The notes beneath the pieces are model-generated. The model worked only from the letters and a program-made list of their open reading frames with translations. It searched no databases and was not told where the DNA came from. The translations under genes were made by a program, and so were the position numbers. A stretch of DNA of 64,000 bases from an uncultured Prolixibacteraceae bacterium (GTDB lineage: Bacteria; Bacteroidota; Bacteroidia; Bacteroidales; Prolixibacteraceae): contig CALGIG010000071.1 in the NCBI GenBank assembly GCA_937915865.1, positions 41,184-105,183 of the forward strand. Direction: 5' to 3'. Below, piece by piece: positions 38,122 to 47,143 of the stretch. The first letter of the stretch is position 1; the number at the start of each line of letters is the position of its first letter.

Positions 38122-38267
38122 CTACTTGTTAAAGCAATTGACGGTGAAGGTAATGGGCACTTTCGCCGTTCTTCCATTTGATGTCTTTCTGTTCATTTGC
38201 TTTTAAGGTTTCTATTTAAAAGACGCTAAGGCATCCAAATTAAGTGACAGGGAGGGCAGATAATCTC
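38122..38267 (-). promoter_or_regulatory. Leader/promoter cassette copy B (hairpin, 24-codon fecR-start scar and sigma-fecR intergenic homolog).
   Basis: Homologous to 43625-43770, and in parts to 30990-31040 and 32086-32160. It lies about 190 bp upstream of the second GH97 gene. Confidence 0.55.
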
Positions 38268-38343
38268 AAAAAATAAATCTAAAGCATTTAAAAACTAATT
38301 TCCCTATGCCCTTGTTTTTAATAGGCTTACTATCTTTCGGATA

Positions 38344-38583
38344 GTGCACGCAGTAAGATATACTATTCCGTTCTATAAAGAAATTAATGAATTGCTGGCT
38401 TCCATTGGATTGGAGTACACGACTGCTGATCCGCTTTTTTATTGTTTGCGATTAAAGGAGAATGATGGTTCACTAAACAATTACAAACCACCGTTCAGAA
38501 AAGACTTTTATTTTATAACTTTGAGAGACAGAAACATGGGAGAATGTCCAAGATTTGTGAAAATCGGCATCCCCCGTTTTTAA
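38344..38583 (+). pseudogene. N-terminal fragment of an AraC-family regulator (no HTH domain left).
   Basis: 79 codons with a non-ATG start. The segment DPLFYCLRLKE...YKPPFRKDFYFITL resembles the sensor half of Bacteroidota AraC-type regulators. The ORF stops before any HTH. Confidence 0.4.
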
Positions 38584-38591
38584 ATAATGAA

Positions 38592-39584
38592 CTACTTATT
38601 TAAAATCAATTTTTGCGTCGACGTCCCTTCTTTTGTCGACATTTTGACAAAATAAATCCCATTTGAAAGACCAGATAAATTGAAGAATTGGTTCGGGTTC
38701 ACATTATCTTTTTTCAACATTGCTTTCCCATCAATGTTGAAAATCTGGATATGATCTAGCCGCGAAGGAGAAATAATCGTTAGAGAACCAGTTGAGGGGT
38801 TTGGATAAATCTGGCATTTCAATTGATCAGCTTCTTCAATACCAGTAGTTATCGTGCTTTGTGGAACTGACAAATTATCGATATAAATATTACCACTTCC
38901 CCTGTTTGGAGTATTATCGTCTGCCAGGAAGAAGATTTTGGCTTTTTTCAGGGAACCGTTAAAAACACTGTCCCCATTTGCAACATAAGGGTTCAGGTGA
39001 AACCGGAAAGAACTTCTTGTGTAGCTTATGGGGTTATCTCCTTCCAACTTCTGTAATTTGATTGAACAGGTATGATCGTAAGCGCTTCCTGTCTTCATAT
39101 TTATTTCTACATGAAACCAACTATCCACGGGAAATTGCATATTGGTACCTTCATCTGTTTTTATGGCACCGCCAAAAAAGGTTTCGCCTAACGCGCCATA
39201 TAGTCCGAGGAAAACTAAATCCGGCCCTCTTCGCCCAACCGAATCCAGAACAACAATGTGAAACCATAAAGGACTCGGAACCTTAACATCAAAACTAAAC
39301 GTAGCAATCCCATTGTCAGGTTCTTTGAGATTGATCGCGAAATAGGGATCGGCAGCTGCAGAGAGGGAATCGTCCGTCATAACCAAAGACTTGCTTCCTG
39401 ACCATTTATCTTCAGAAGTCACTTCAACTGCCGTATTACCACTGGCACTTACATCGGTAATAAAACCAGGGACTGCGCCGTCATCATAGTTTTCAAAGCC
39501 TTCCTGGGCTTGAGTGGATTTGAGGCATATCAAACTTATACTACAAATCAATAAGACAAAAATGTAAACTTTTTTCATGATCAA
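38592..39584 (-). CDS. Secreted protein with a T9SS C-terminal sorting domain. The N-terminal beta-sandwich (lectin-like) domain is of unknown specificity.
   Basis: 330 aa with a signal peptide. The C-terminus IYPNPSTGSLTI...NGIYFVKMSTKEGTSTQKLILNK is a typical type-A Por sorting domain. Confidence 0.75.
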   Translation of the reverse strand: MIMKKVYIFVLLICSISLICLKSTQAQEGFENYDDGAVPGFITDVSASGNTAVEVTSEDKWSGSKSLVMTDDSLSAAADPYFAINLKEPDNGIATFSFDVKVPSPLWFHIVVLDSVGRRGPDLVFLGLYGALGETFFGGAIKTDEGTNMQFPVDSWFHVEINMKTGSAYDHTCSIKLQKLEGDNPISYTRSSFRFHLNPYVANGDSVFNGSLKKAKIFFLADDNTPNRGSGNIYIDNLSVPQSTITTGIEEADQLKCQIYPNPSTGSLTIISPSRLDHIQIFNIDGKAMLKKDNVNPNQFFNLSGLSNGIYFVKMSTKEGTSTQKLILNK

Positions 39585-39997
39585 AATTTTTAGGTTAATT
39601 AAAAAATATTAGTCTGTATTGAATTTTTCCGTGAAAATGGCAGAAAGGTATTTCCACTATTCCCGGGTATCTACTTCTTCTTTTTTTAAAAATCCATCGC
39701 CTTTATCTTCTCGATTTTCACTCCTCCAATTAGACGGCGAGCTTCAACCAGTGCGTTGGCCCTTATTTCATATTCTGAAGGGTAAAGTATTTTTGTATTT
39801 GGGTCTTCACAAAAATGAGTATCTGAATATGTTGGGACTGTAAAGTATTTTACTATATAATTCTGAATAAGAAGCACTCAGGTTGAATCCAAATGTTTGG
39901 GGATTCATCCGTAATTTATTCAAGAGTGATAAGAAAAATATGTTCTTTCGGATAAATAATGAGATTTTGAAATAGGAATGCATTATTGTGATGATCC

Positions 39998-41800
39998 TCA
40001 TTTTAAAATCTTAAAAACCGAAATTCCACCGCCTGAAACCTTGTCTCTTTTAATTTCAAACTGAAACGCCTCCAATTCCTTTCCTTTAATTTTCCACTTC
40101 CTGTCATTCCAAAGGTCGTGTATGGTATAGGTTTTATCCGGGTTTATCCCCGTATGCTGCAATGGCATTTTTATTTTGCATTTCACGTCCTGATTGGTGT
40201 TGTTGCCTGCCACAATAATGATTTTTTTCGTGTTTTGCATAGCAAAAGGCACAGGTATTTTTATCGAACTTTCGTATTGCAGTTCAAACAGATCCGGCAA
40301 AGTATCATTCAGATAGGCATGAAAGATATCGGCCTCTTCTTTTCTAATTGAAATCATCCTTTTGACATCCTGTAACATATCCCGTTGCTCTTTCTGATTG
40401 AGCTGTTCCCAGTCGATGATCGCACCATAAAGCCAGGTGCCATCTCCCGGGGTTCCTTTGCCATAAAGGTCAGGGGTGAGTTTGGGATTGGGACTGAATT
40501 TTGCATCAAATTCCTCTCCGCTCATAAATAAAGGAATCGCCGGGGTAAAAAGGCAACTGTATCCAAACAAACAACGGCTTCCTTCCGCCACATAAGGATT
40601 TTGTTCTTTGGGAAAGTTCTCCCAGCCTTCATCGTGGTCGCTGAGATCAACGGAATAATAATGCAGATCGGGGACAAATGGCTCCAGGTACAGACGCATG
40701 CTTTCTCCGGTATTGATCGCGCTATACAGTTGACCGTCGCTACCAAAGGTCCATTTTACATCTAACCTATAACTTCTAGGGATGACATCTATGTTTGTAA
40801 TATGCTTGGTTGTATCAATGTTTTCGACAAGCAATTCAATATTCCGATAATTCTTGTCTTGTTTGCTTTTTTCAATGTCCACCGGGATCTCGGGCTCCGC
40901 CAGTTTGGTAACACTCAGTTTGCCATCACGAAGTGTGGAGCCTTCCTCCACTGTCCCGTCCTGGTAATGGATGAGGACGGTGAAGTCATTCCTGTTTTGA
41001 AATTTGTTGTTGAAGAATAATGCTGTATTGGAAAGGATTGTCTTGTCGGAATTCACACCTTCTTCCAGAAGCTCGCTAAGTCTTTCCATGCGCTGAAAGA
41101 AATCGCACACACTTTCATTGCGCCTGTCCCATTCCAGAAAAACAACAATCGGGTGGCCGGCATCAGCACACCGTTTCTTGATTTCCCTCCACAGATCAGG
41201 ACGGTATATATCCACATCCAGTCGGAAACCATCAACGCCATACTTTAACACATAATCCACATGGGTTTGCACCCACCAGGCGTCCAGGTCGTCATGATTG
41301 CCAGACCAGTCGTAATCGGTCATTCCCCAGGACCCCCCTTTGAACCATTCGGGATGTTCGTGAATCAGGGGACTTTCATTCATAACTCCGTGTGTAATCA
41401 CATCGAGGAATACTTTGATCTTGTACTTATGGAATTCATCCACAAGCGATCTGAAGTCTGACGGTGTCCCTAAAGTAGGCTCAATACTATCTGGGCGAAT
41501 GCAGGCATATTGCGTCCATATCCCATAAAAATGGCCATTATCGGCCCAGCTGGATCCGGCCAGCCAAACCCCGTTAATCCCAAGGTCTGCGAGGTAGGGG
41601 ACTCTTTCTTTTGTCGATTGAAATGTCCCTGTTCCCTGCCCTTTGGGAGAAGTGAAATTTTTTGTGGAAATTTCATAAACAATGAGGTCTTTTATCCATT
41701 CGGGCTGCCGCATCGTTTGGGCTGAAAGTATATTTGCCCATAGTAGCAACGTGATAAGCATGATTTTCCTGATCTGCTTACATTTATCTAACTTACACAT
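39998..41800 (-). CDS. Glycoside hydrolase family 13 (alpha-amylase superfamily) enzyme.
   Basis: 600 aa with a signal peptide. It has GH13 conserved-region-like segments DVITHGV, GVDGFRLDVD and VVFLEWD. Confidence 0.8.
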   Translation of the reverse strand: MCKLDKCKQIRKIMLITLLLWANILSAQTMRQPEWIKDLIVYEISTKNFTSPKGQGTGTFQSTKERVPYLADLGINGVWLAGSSWADNGHFYGIWTQYACIRPDSIEPTLGTPSDFRSLVDEFHKYKIKVFLDVITHGVMNESPLIHEHPEWFKGGSWGMTDYDWSGNHDDLDAWWVQTHVDYVLKYGVDGFRLDVDIYRPDLWREIKKRCADAGHPIVVFLEWDRRNESVCDFFQRMERLSELLEEGVNSDKTILSNTALFFNNKFQNRNDFTVLIHYQDGTVEEGSTLRDGKLSVTKLAEPEIPVDIEKSKQDKNYRNIELLVENIDTTKHITNIDVIPRSYRLDVKWTFGSDGQLYSAINTGESMRLYLEPFVPDLHYYSVDLSDHDEGWENFPKEQNPYVAEGSRCLFGYSCLFTPAIPLFMSGEEFDAKFSPNPKLTPDLYGKGTPGDGTWLYGAIIDWEQLNQKEQRDMLQDVKRMISIRKEEADIFHAYLNDTLPDLFELQYESSIKIPVPFAMQNTKKIIIVAGNNTNQDVKCKIKMPLQHTGINPDKTYTIHDLWNDRKWKIKGKELEAFQFEIKRDKVSGGGISVFKILK

Positions 41801-41801
41801 T

Positions 41802-42071
41802 TTATCGCTTTTTAAAATTGAAAAGTTTGGTTTGAGCCTGCTCCAAAATGATATTTGGTTTCTGTTTAGACAAAATTACATTCTGCTTGTGCCATATCTC
41901 TATGACTTTTATAGGTGCATCCTTTCTAATCTGCGTCGGTATGTTGAGCCTCATCTCGACTCTGCGGTTGACGGTGTGGTTAATGCCTTCTTCAAAATTG
42001 TCAGCCAGTATCCGGACGCTTCCGTCGTTCAGTTTCCAATTATAAATATAATCTTCGCGGTATTTTTCCAT
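41802..42071 (-). CDS. Hypothetical small protein.
   Basis: 89 aa. It is packed tightly between two genes (a 3-nt gap upstream and a 1-nt gap downstream). I recognised no motif. Confidence 0.35.
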   Translation of the reverse strand: MEKYREDYIYNWKLNDGSVRILADNFEEGINHTVNRRVEMRLNIPTQIRKDAPIKVIEIWHKQNVILSKQKPNIILEQAQTKLFNFKKR

Positions 42072-42074
42072 TGT

Positions 42075-43595
42075 TTAATTACCCTCAACAAAGTCAGCAT
42101 AAGTGCCAAAATTGCGCGTGCCTTCCCCGTCATAGGCCAGCGGAGTATTCGTGATAGAAAGGGCTCCTGTCGCTGATAAGACCGTCTCACCCGCGCGGGT
42201 AAGGATGATTTGGGGCTGTCCCCGGTTGGCGCCCCAGGGCGCTTCTACGTGACTGACACCGGCATTAAGGTCCCACGAACCGATCTGAACACCGCCCAGG
42301 TTCACTGTCAGGGTAGCTGGAGCTGTCAACTCCGTGGTCAGATAGACCTCATCTTTAGCGTTTTCAATCCCTGTAATAGGAGTCCCGGCTTCAACGCATT
42401 CACATCCTGTGGGAGCCGGTAAATCTTTGGGATGTTGCCGGTAACTGTAGAAGATTTTATCTTTTACGATCGGTTGAACTTCGCCAAGTCGGTAAGACTT
42501 AATCAGTCGTTTCTGGGCCTCCCGAAAGCCGCGGTGTGTCCATATCGGCATGTCCGTGTTCCCGTTAAATCCGCCGGGAACAACATACGCGACAGACCCC
42601 CCGTAAGGCGCAGGTGGAATCTGAACTTGAGGCACCAGATGATGATCTTCACTCAAGTCTGAATACTCAGTCAGAAAGACCATATCCTTGTCTTTGAGCA
42701 CTCCATTCGGCGGAAGCAACGCATTCCAGAACCTGAACAGTCCTTTACTACCCTCATGTTCTATGTAATTACTCCTGTCTCTGCCGCAGACCTGCCAATA
42801 GGCTGGTGAGACACCTGGAAATACAGTAGCTCCATACTGGCCCATTGCGTCCTGCAAGGTGAGCGTCCGATCAATATTCGCTTGTGAAGAATCAGTCCCA
42901 AAAACATAAAAATTTACATCGTATCCGGCCTGTCGCATAATTCTGACGTTATTCGCGATCGTGTTCGGATAAAGCCCACTCTCATATAGAAAATAGGGGT
43001 CAAACCCCGCTGACTTTAGTGGCGTGAGCAGATCATTAATATATTGACCCGCAGTTGCCTGAGAAGCGCCTCCGTTCCACACAGCAAATATTGGTTTACC
43101 ATTCTTTGTGGCGTAATCCGGACCATGTCCATACTGCTTCAGGGCTTCGACGCCCCAAAAATTATCAAAAACACCGGTACTAGAATTAAAAGGCTCTGCC
43201 AGGATAAACCAGGAGAATTTTGCATCATGCTCCTGGTTATATTCCCGGACCGCTTGCGCAATGGCAGCCATGTTGTCCTTGTCCCGTTGTTCATCAAAAG
43301 CATCATCCATCAGTGCGTTAACGCCAAGATCAACCATTCCCGCTATAATATTTTTGTAGGCATTGACCCGACCTGTTAAAGAATAGTCGCCTTGAAGCCC
43401 GCCATAAAGCCACGAGCCGGACATGGGAGAAAAATCAACAGCGATCACACTTCGCGGTGGCAGCTCTATCCCACCTTCCCACGGTTCGGGAATAGGTTCG
43501 GGTGCTGGATCCTTTTTACAGGTCCAAAACAAATAACTTGAACAAAAAAATAGCAAGATCAAGGATGCAAAATAATGTGCTTTTACTTTTTTCAT
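42075..43595 (-). CDS. Lipoprotein, putative glycoside hydrolase (GH71/alpha-1,3-glucanase-like TIM barrel plus a C-terminal beta domain).
   Basis: 506 aa with a lipobox (FWTC). The segment VSPAYWQ...FWNALL...MVFLTEYSDLSEDHHL resembles the GH71 VSPWF...WNDYGESHY pattern. The family call is tentative. Confidence 0.45.
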   Translation of the reverse strand: MKKVKAHYFASLILLFFCSSYLFWTCKKDPAPEPIPEPWEGGIELPPRSVIAVDFSPMSGSWLYGGLQGDYSLTGRVNAYKNIIAGMVDLGVNALMDDAFDEQRDKDNMAAIAQAVREYNQEHDAKFSWFILAEPFNSSTGVFDNFWGVEALKQYGHGPDYATKNGKPIFAVWNGGASQATAGQYINDLLTPLKSAGFDPYFLYESGLYPNTIANNVRIMRQAGYDVNFYVFGTDSSQANIDRTLTLQDAMGQYGATVFPGVSPAYWQVCGRDRSNYIEHEGSKGLFRFWNALLPPNGVLKDKDMVFLTEYSDLSEDHHLVPQVQIPPAPYGGSVAYVVPGGFNGNTDMPIWTHRGFREAQKRLIKSYRLGEVQPIVKDKIFYSYRQHPKDLPAPTGCECVEAGTPITGIENAKDEVYLTTELTAPATLTVNLGGVQIGSWDLNAGVSHVEAPWGANRGQPQIILTRAGETVLSATGALSITNTPLAYDGEGTRNFGTYADFVEGN

Positions 43596-43770
43596 AACTT
43601 TGTCATGTTTTAGTTAAAGTTTTACTACTTGTTAAAACAATTGGCGGTGAAGGTGGAGGGCACTTTCACCGTTCTTTTATTTGATGTCTTTCTGTTCATC
43701 TGCTTTTACCATTTCTATTTAAGAGACGATAAAGCATCCAAATTCAGTGACAAGGAGGGCAGATAATCTC
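43596..43770 (-). promoter_or_regulatory. Leader/promoter cassette copy C (susC-type leader, hairpin, 24-codon fecR-start scar and sigma-fecR intergenic homolog).
   Basis: 43596-43680 is nearly identical to the susC leader 30957-31040, including the ATGAAAAAA start context. 43681-43770 is homologous to 32086-32160 and to copy B. Confidence 0.6.
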
Positions 43771-43854
43771 GTAATTATTTATCTGGACACACTAGTGGGC
43801 ACTTAAATCCCTCCGATTGTTAATTGTTTATAACAGATCATTGAGCAGGTTATT

Positions 43855-43962
43855 GTGTTTGTTCCTGATTTTGGAAAAGTTGTCCGCAAGCTGGAACAAC
43901 AGGTTACTTTACGCGGGCAGAGCAAAAGTACGTTAAATGATTACATCCGCCGTATCGCCCTG
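43855..43962 (+). pseudogene. Fragment resembling the N-terminal SAM-like domain of a tyrosine recombinase/integrase.
   Basis: About 36 codons (VRKLEQQVTLRGQSKSTLNDYIRRIALF) with a non-ATG start. It is abruptly joined to RACo-homologous sequence. Confidence 0.3.
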
Positions 43963-44648
43963 TTTGTACTTCACGAGTTCGGGATTGAGTTTCAATGCGG
44001 GGAAAAGGGACCTGTGGCAAATGTAAAGTCAGAGTTATTTGGGGAGAAATTAAAACAACAGAAAATCACCTTCGGAAGATTGAACAACTGAGCCTGCCAT
44101 TCGACCGGCGACTAGCTCGTTTCAGTCAGTGCACCGTTGATATTACGCTTGAAATTGAGCAGTTTAATCACCTAATCCTGGCCGACGAGAGCGAATTTGA
44201 CTTTCATCCGCAAAAAGGCTTCGGAATTGCGGTCGACCTGGGGACAACCACGGTGGTAGCCCAATTGATCGACTTGTCCTCGTCAAAAGTGCTGGTCTTT
44301 GAAACCATGCTGAACCCGCAGGTTAAATTCGGGGCTGATTTGATTTCGAGGATACAGGCCTGCCTGGATGGACATGCTTCTGAAATGACCCGGATAATCC
44401 GTTTATCAATAGGAACAATGATTGAATTGATGCTGAAAGAACACGAAGTCGGTTTGCAAAAAGTGATCCTTGTTGGCAATACCGCCATGCATCTGATTTT
44501 CTGCAATTGTGACGTTACTCCTCTTTCGATGTACCCTTTTCACGCCAGCAATTTAGGGATGAAAATCTTCGTTCCGGAGGAATTGGGATGGGACTTTCAG
44601 GTTAACGGAACAATACAGTTTTATGGAACGAAGTTATTAAATAAATAA
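43963..44648 (+). pseudogene. Truncated, frameshifted copy of the RACo reductive-activase gene.
   Basis: Homologous to codons ~25-245 of 13377..14861. A G4 run at 43999-44002 replaces the G5 run of the intact gene and shifts the frame inside the CGGKGTCGKC cluster. Homology ends near 44610, and the ASKHA C-terminal half is missing. Confidence 0.85.
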
Positions 44649-44743
44649 ACTTTGTCTCCTTTGGTTACATAATACCCCAGACTGCTATTTTTGCCATTGC
44701 ATTGAAGGTAAACCTGGACATGAATTTGAAATTTCAGAATTTA

Positions 44744-45610
44744 TCACAACCCTTTAAACCGTTTCCGATATTCTGTTGGAGTAACTCCAGTTATTTTTCT
44801 GAACTGTTTATTGAAATGACTCAAATTGTTAAAACCACTATCGAGGCAAGCATCCAGAATACTCAGGCTCGGGTCCATCAACAGTTTGCAGGCAAATTCC
44901 ACTTTGATCTTGTTCAGGTATTCAAAAATAGTCAATCCCATATTTTGTTTAAAAAAGCGACAGAGCGACCCTTCTGCCATATTGACCATTTCGGACAGCC
45001 TTTCCAAATCAATTTCCTCCCGGTAATTGTTCATTAAATACTCGTGAATAGTTGCTATCCGCTTATTCTGTGAAGAGAATCTCGTGATTAAATATTCTTT
45101 ACTTGCCAAACTGACTAAAGAATCACTCTTCCCGATAATGTCCATCATCTTAAAAAAATGCAGCATTCGCTCAAAGCCTTTTAGATAGGGCATCTGAAGC
45201 ATCAGCTCGCTCACTTCGTTGAGTGTTTGGCCCATAATCTGAATGCCCTGTTCCGATAAGGAAAGGGCTTTCGCAACATGACAAAATTCTGGAAGGGCAA
45301 GCAACTGAGAACACAATACTTTTTCGGTAAACTGAAGGAAGACCATTTCAAGGGTACGGTTTGACCATATTCCTTGTCCCTTATCAGCAATCCACACATG
45401 AGGCAGATTCTTCCCCAGAAATACCAAATCACCTGGCTGAAAATCTTCTATTGAATCGGCAACAATCCGTTTCCCTGAACCTTCGGTAATGAAACTGATT
45501 TCGTAGTTATTGTGATAATGCCATGTACTTTTCTCCAGGTTATCCTGAAAAATCCCAATGAAAAAGGATTCGTCTTCGTTTAAAATGATTTGTTCGAACT
45601 GGGCCGACAT
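44744..45610 (-). CDS. AraC-family transcriptional regulator (cupin-like sensor plus HTH).
   Basis: 288 aa. The C-terminus FNNLSHFNKQFRKITGVTPTEYRK is a canonical AraC HTH. Confidence 0.9.
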   Translation of the reverse strand: MSAQFEQIILNEDESFFIGIFQDNLEKSTWHYHNNYEISFITEGSGKRIVADSIEDFQPGDLVFLGKNLPHVWIADKGQGIWSNRTLEMVFLQFTEKVLCSQLLALPEFCHVAKALSLSEQGIQIMGQTLNEVSELMLQMPYLKGFERMLHFFKMMDIIGKSDSLVSLASKEYLITRFSSQNKRIATIHEYLMNNYREEIDLERLSEMVNMAEGSLCRFFKQNMGLTIFEYLNKIKVEFACKLLMDPSLSILDACLDSGFNNLSHFNKQFRKITGVTPTEYRKRFKGL

Positions 45611-45728
45611 AGTGGTAATTATTGAACGAAAAGCACACGAAATGTGAATATCGCATCAAAACTAGTAAAAATTGATGTAGATTTCGTTTCTGTCTAAACC
45701 TATTTTTGTATCATAAACCTTAGTACAT

Positions 45729-47025
45729 CATGAGTGTCCATTAAAAAAATAAATACGTTCTTTGAAATCATTGATAATCTATATTTTGCAAGAGTTTGAG
45801 TAGCGTGACGATTTGAATTGATTAGGTTAGTTGGAAAAACCACTGACTATGAATCAAGGGAAATATGTTTTCGCCCAGATCGTTGAGTTTTTACCTCAGC
45901 GGATTTTCGATCGTTTTGTCGAAAAGTATGATGGCAATAAGTACGTTAAACATTTTTCGTGCTGGAACCAGCTACTCTGTATGCTTTTCGGTCAACTCAC
46001 CAATCGGGATAGTCTTCGGGATTTGATTGTTGCTCTGGATGCACATAGCAGTAAATCTTATCATCTGGGCTTCGGCATAAGCGTTACAAGAAGTAATTTG
46101 GCAAAAGCCAATGAAACCAGAAACAGCAAAATATTTGAGGCGTTTGCTTATCATCTTATCGCTATTGCCAGGAAAAAAAAGGCCAACAATGATTTTGAGA
46201 TTAAAGGCAAAATCTATGCTTTTGACTCATCAACCATTGACCTGTGTCTGAGTGTATTCTGGTGGGCGACCTTTCGTAAAACCAAAGCTGGGATAAAACT
46301 TCATACTCTTTTTGATATAACAACTCAAATTCCAGCCTTTGTGCATATTACACCTGCCACGATGAATGATATGAAGGCAATGGATTATCTGGTCTATGAG
46401 CAGAATGCATTCTATATTTTTGATAGAGGATATGTGGATTACACCAGACTCTATAAGATAACTGTTCATTCCGCTTTTTTCGTCATACGGGCAAAATCAA
46501 ACCTCAAATTTAACCGGATGTATTCCTTGAAGATTGACAAAAGCACCGGAGTTTTATGTGATCAGATTGGCAAACTGAAAGGCTTTTATGTATCCAAGCA
46601 GTATCCTGTGAAACTGAGAAGAGTCAAGTTTTACGATAAGGAAACCAAACGGACTTTCGTTTTTCTAACCAATAATTTTCAGGTCACATCCGATCAGGTA
46701 GCATTGCTATACAAAAACCGTTGGCAGATAGAACTTTTTTTCAAATGGATCAAACAACACCTGAAGATAAAATCCTTTTGGGGAACTTCAGAGAACGCTG
46801 TCCGTATTCAAATTTATAGTGCCATTATTACGTATTGCTTGGTAGCTATCGTTGGAAACGAACTGAAAATAGAGCGGTCAACCTACGAAATATTACAGGT
46901 AATTGGCATATCCCTACTGGACAAAACGCCTATAAATGAACTACTTGCAAATACAGATTACAAAGATGTCAAAGAACTTGATTGTAAACAACTGTCACTC
47001 AGCTTATTTTAAGTGGACAGTCATG
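45729..47025 (+). mobile_element. IS4-family insertion sequence nested in the left end of the outer IS. The 9-bp target-site duplication is TTAGTACAT.
   Basis: The terminal IRs are CATGAGTGTCCA (45729-45740) and TGGACAGTCATG (47014-47025), matching at 11 of 12 positions. The direct repeat ttagtacat sits at 45720-45728 and 47026-47034. Confidence 0.8.
45849..47012 (+). CDS. IS4-family DDE transposase.
   Basis: The start MNQGKYVFAQIVEFLPQRIFDRFV is typical of one Bacteroidota IS4 group. It also has the YKNRWQIELFFKWIKQHLKI signature. Confidence 0.9.
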   Translation: MNQGKYVFAQIVEFLPQRIFDRFVEKYDGNKYVKHFSCWNQLLCMLFGQLTNRDSLRDLIVALDAHSSKSYHLGFGISVTRSNLAKANETRNSKIFEAFAYHLIAIARKKKANNDFEIKGKIYAFDSSTIDLCLSVFWWATFRKTKAGIKLHTLFDITTQIPAFVHITPATMNDMKAMDYLVYEQNAFYIFDRGYVDYTRLYKITVHSAFFVIRAKSNLKFNRMYSLKIDKSTGVLCDQIGKLKGFYVSKQYPVKLRRVKFYDKETKRTFVFLTNNFQVTSDQVALLYKNRWQIELFFKWIKQHLKIKSFWGTSENAVRIQIYSAIITYCLVAIVGNELKIERSTYEILQVIGISLLDKTPINELLANTDYKDVKELDCKQLSLSLF

Positions 47026-47143
47026 TTAGTACATGACAAAAAAATAAATGGTTGATTATCAGCAAAATAAGTGTTAAAATATTTGTTTAAAACTCTGAAT
47101 ATCAGTATCTTACAAGAAATTACCACACTTCGAAGTAAGAATA

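Noticed and set aside
39585-39997. ORFs 39619..39843(+), 39686..39877(-) and 39807..40001(-) in the GH13/T9SS intergenic region.
   Set aside because: They overlap one another, are AT-rich and low-complexity, and have no motifs. This is more likely a promoter or spacer region.
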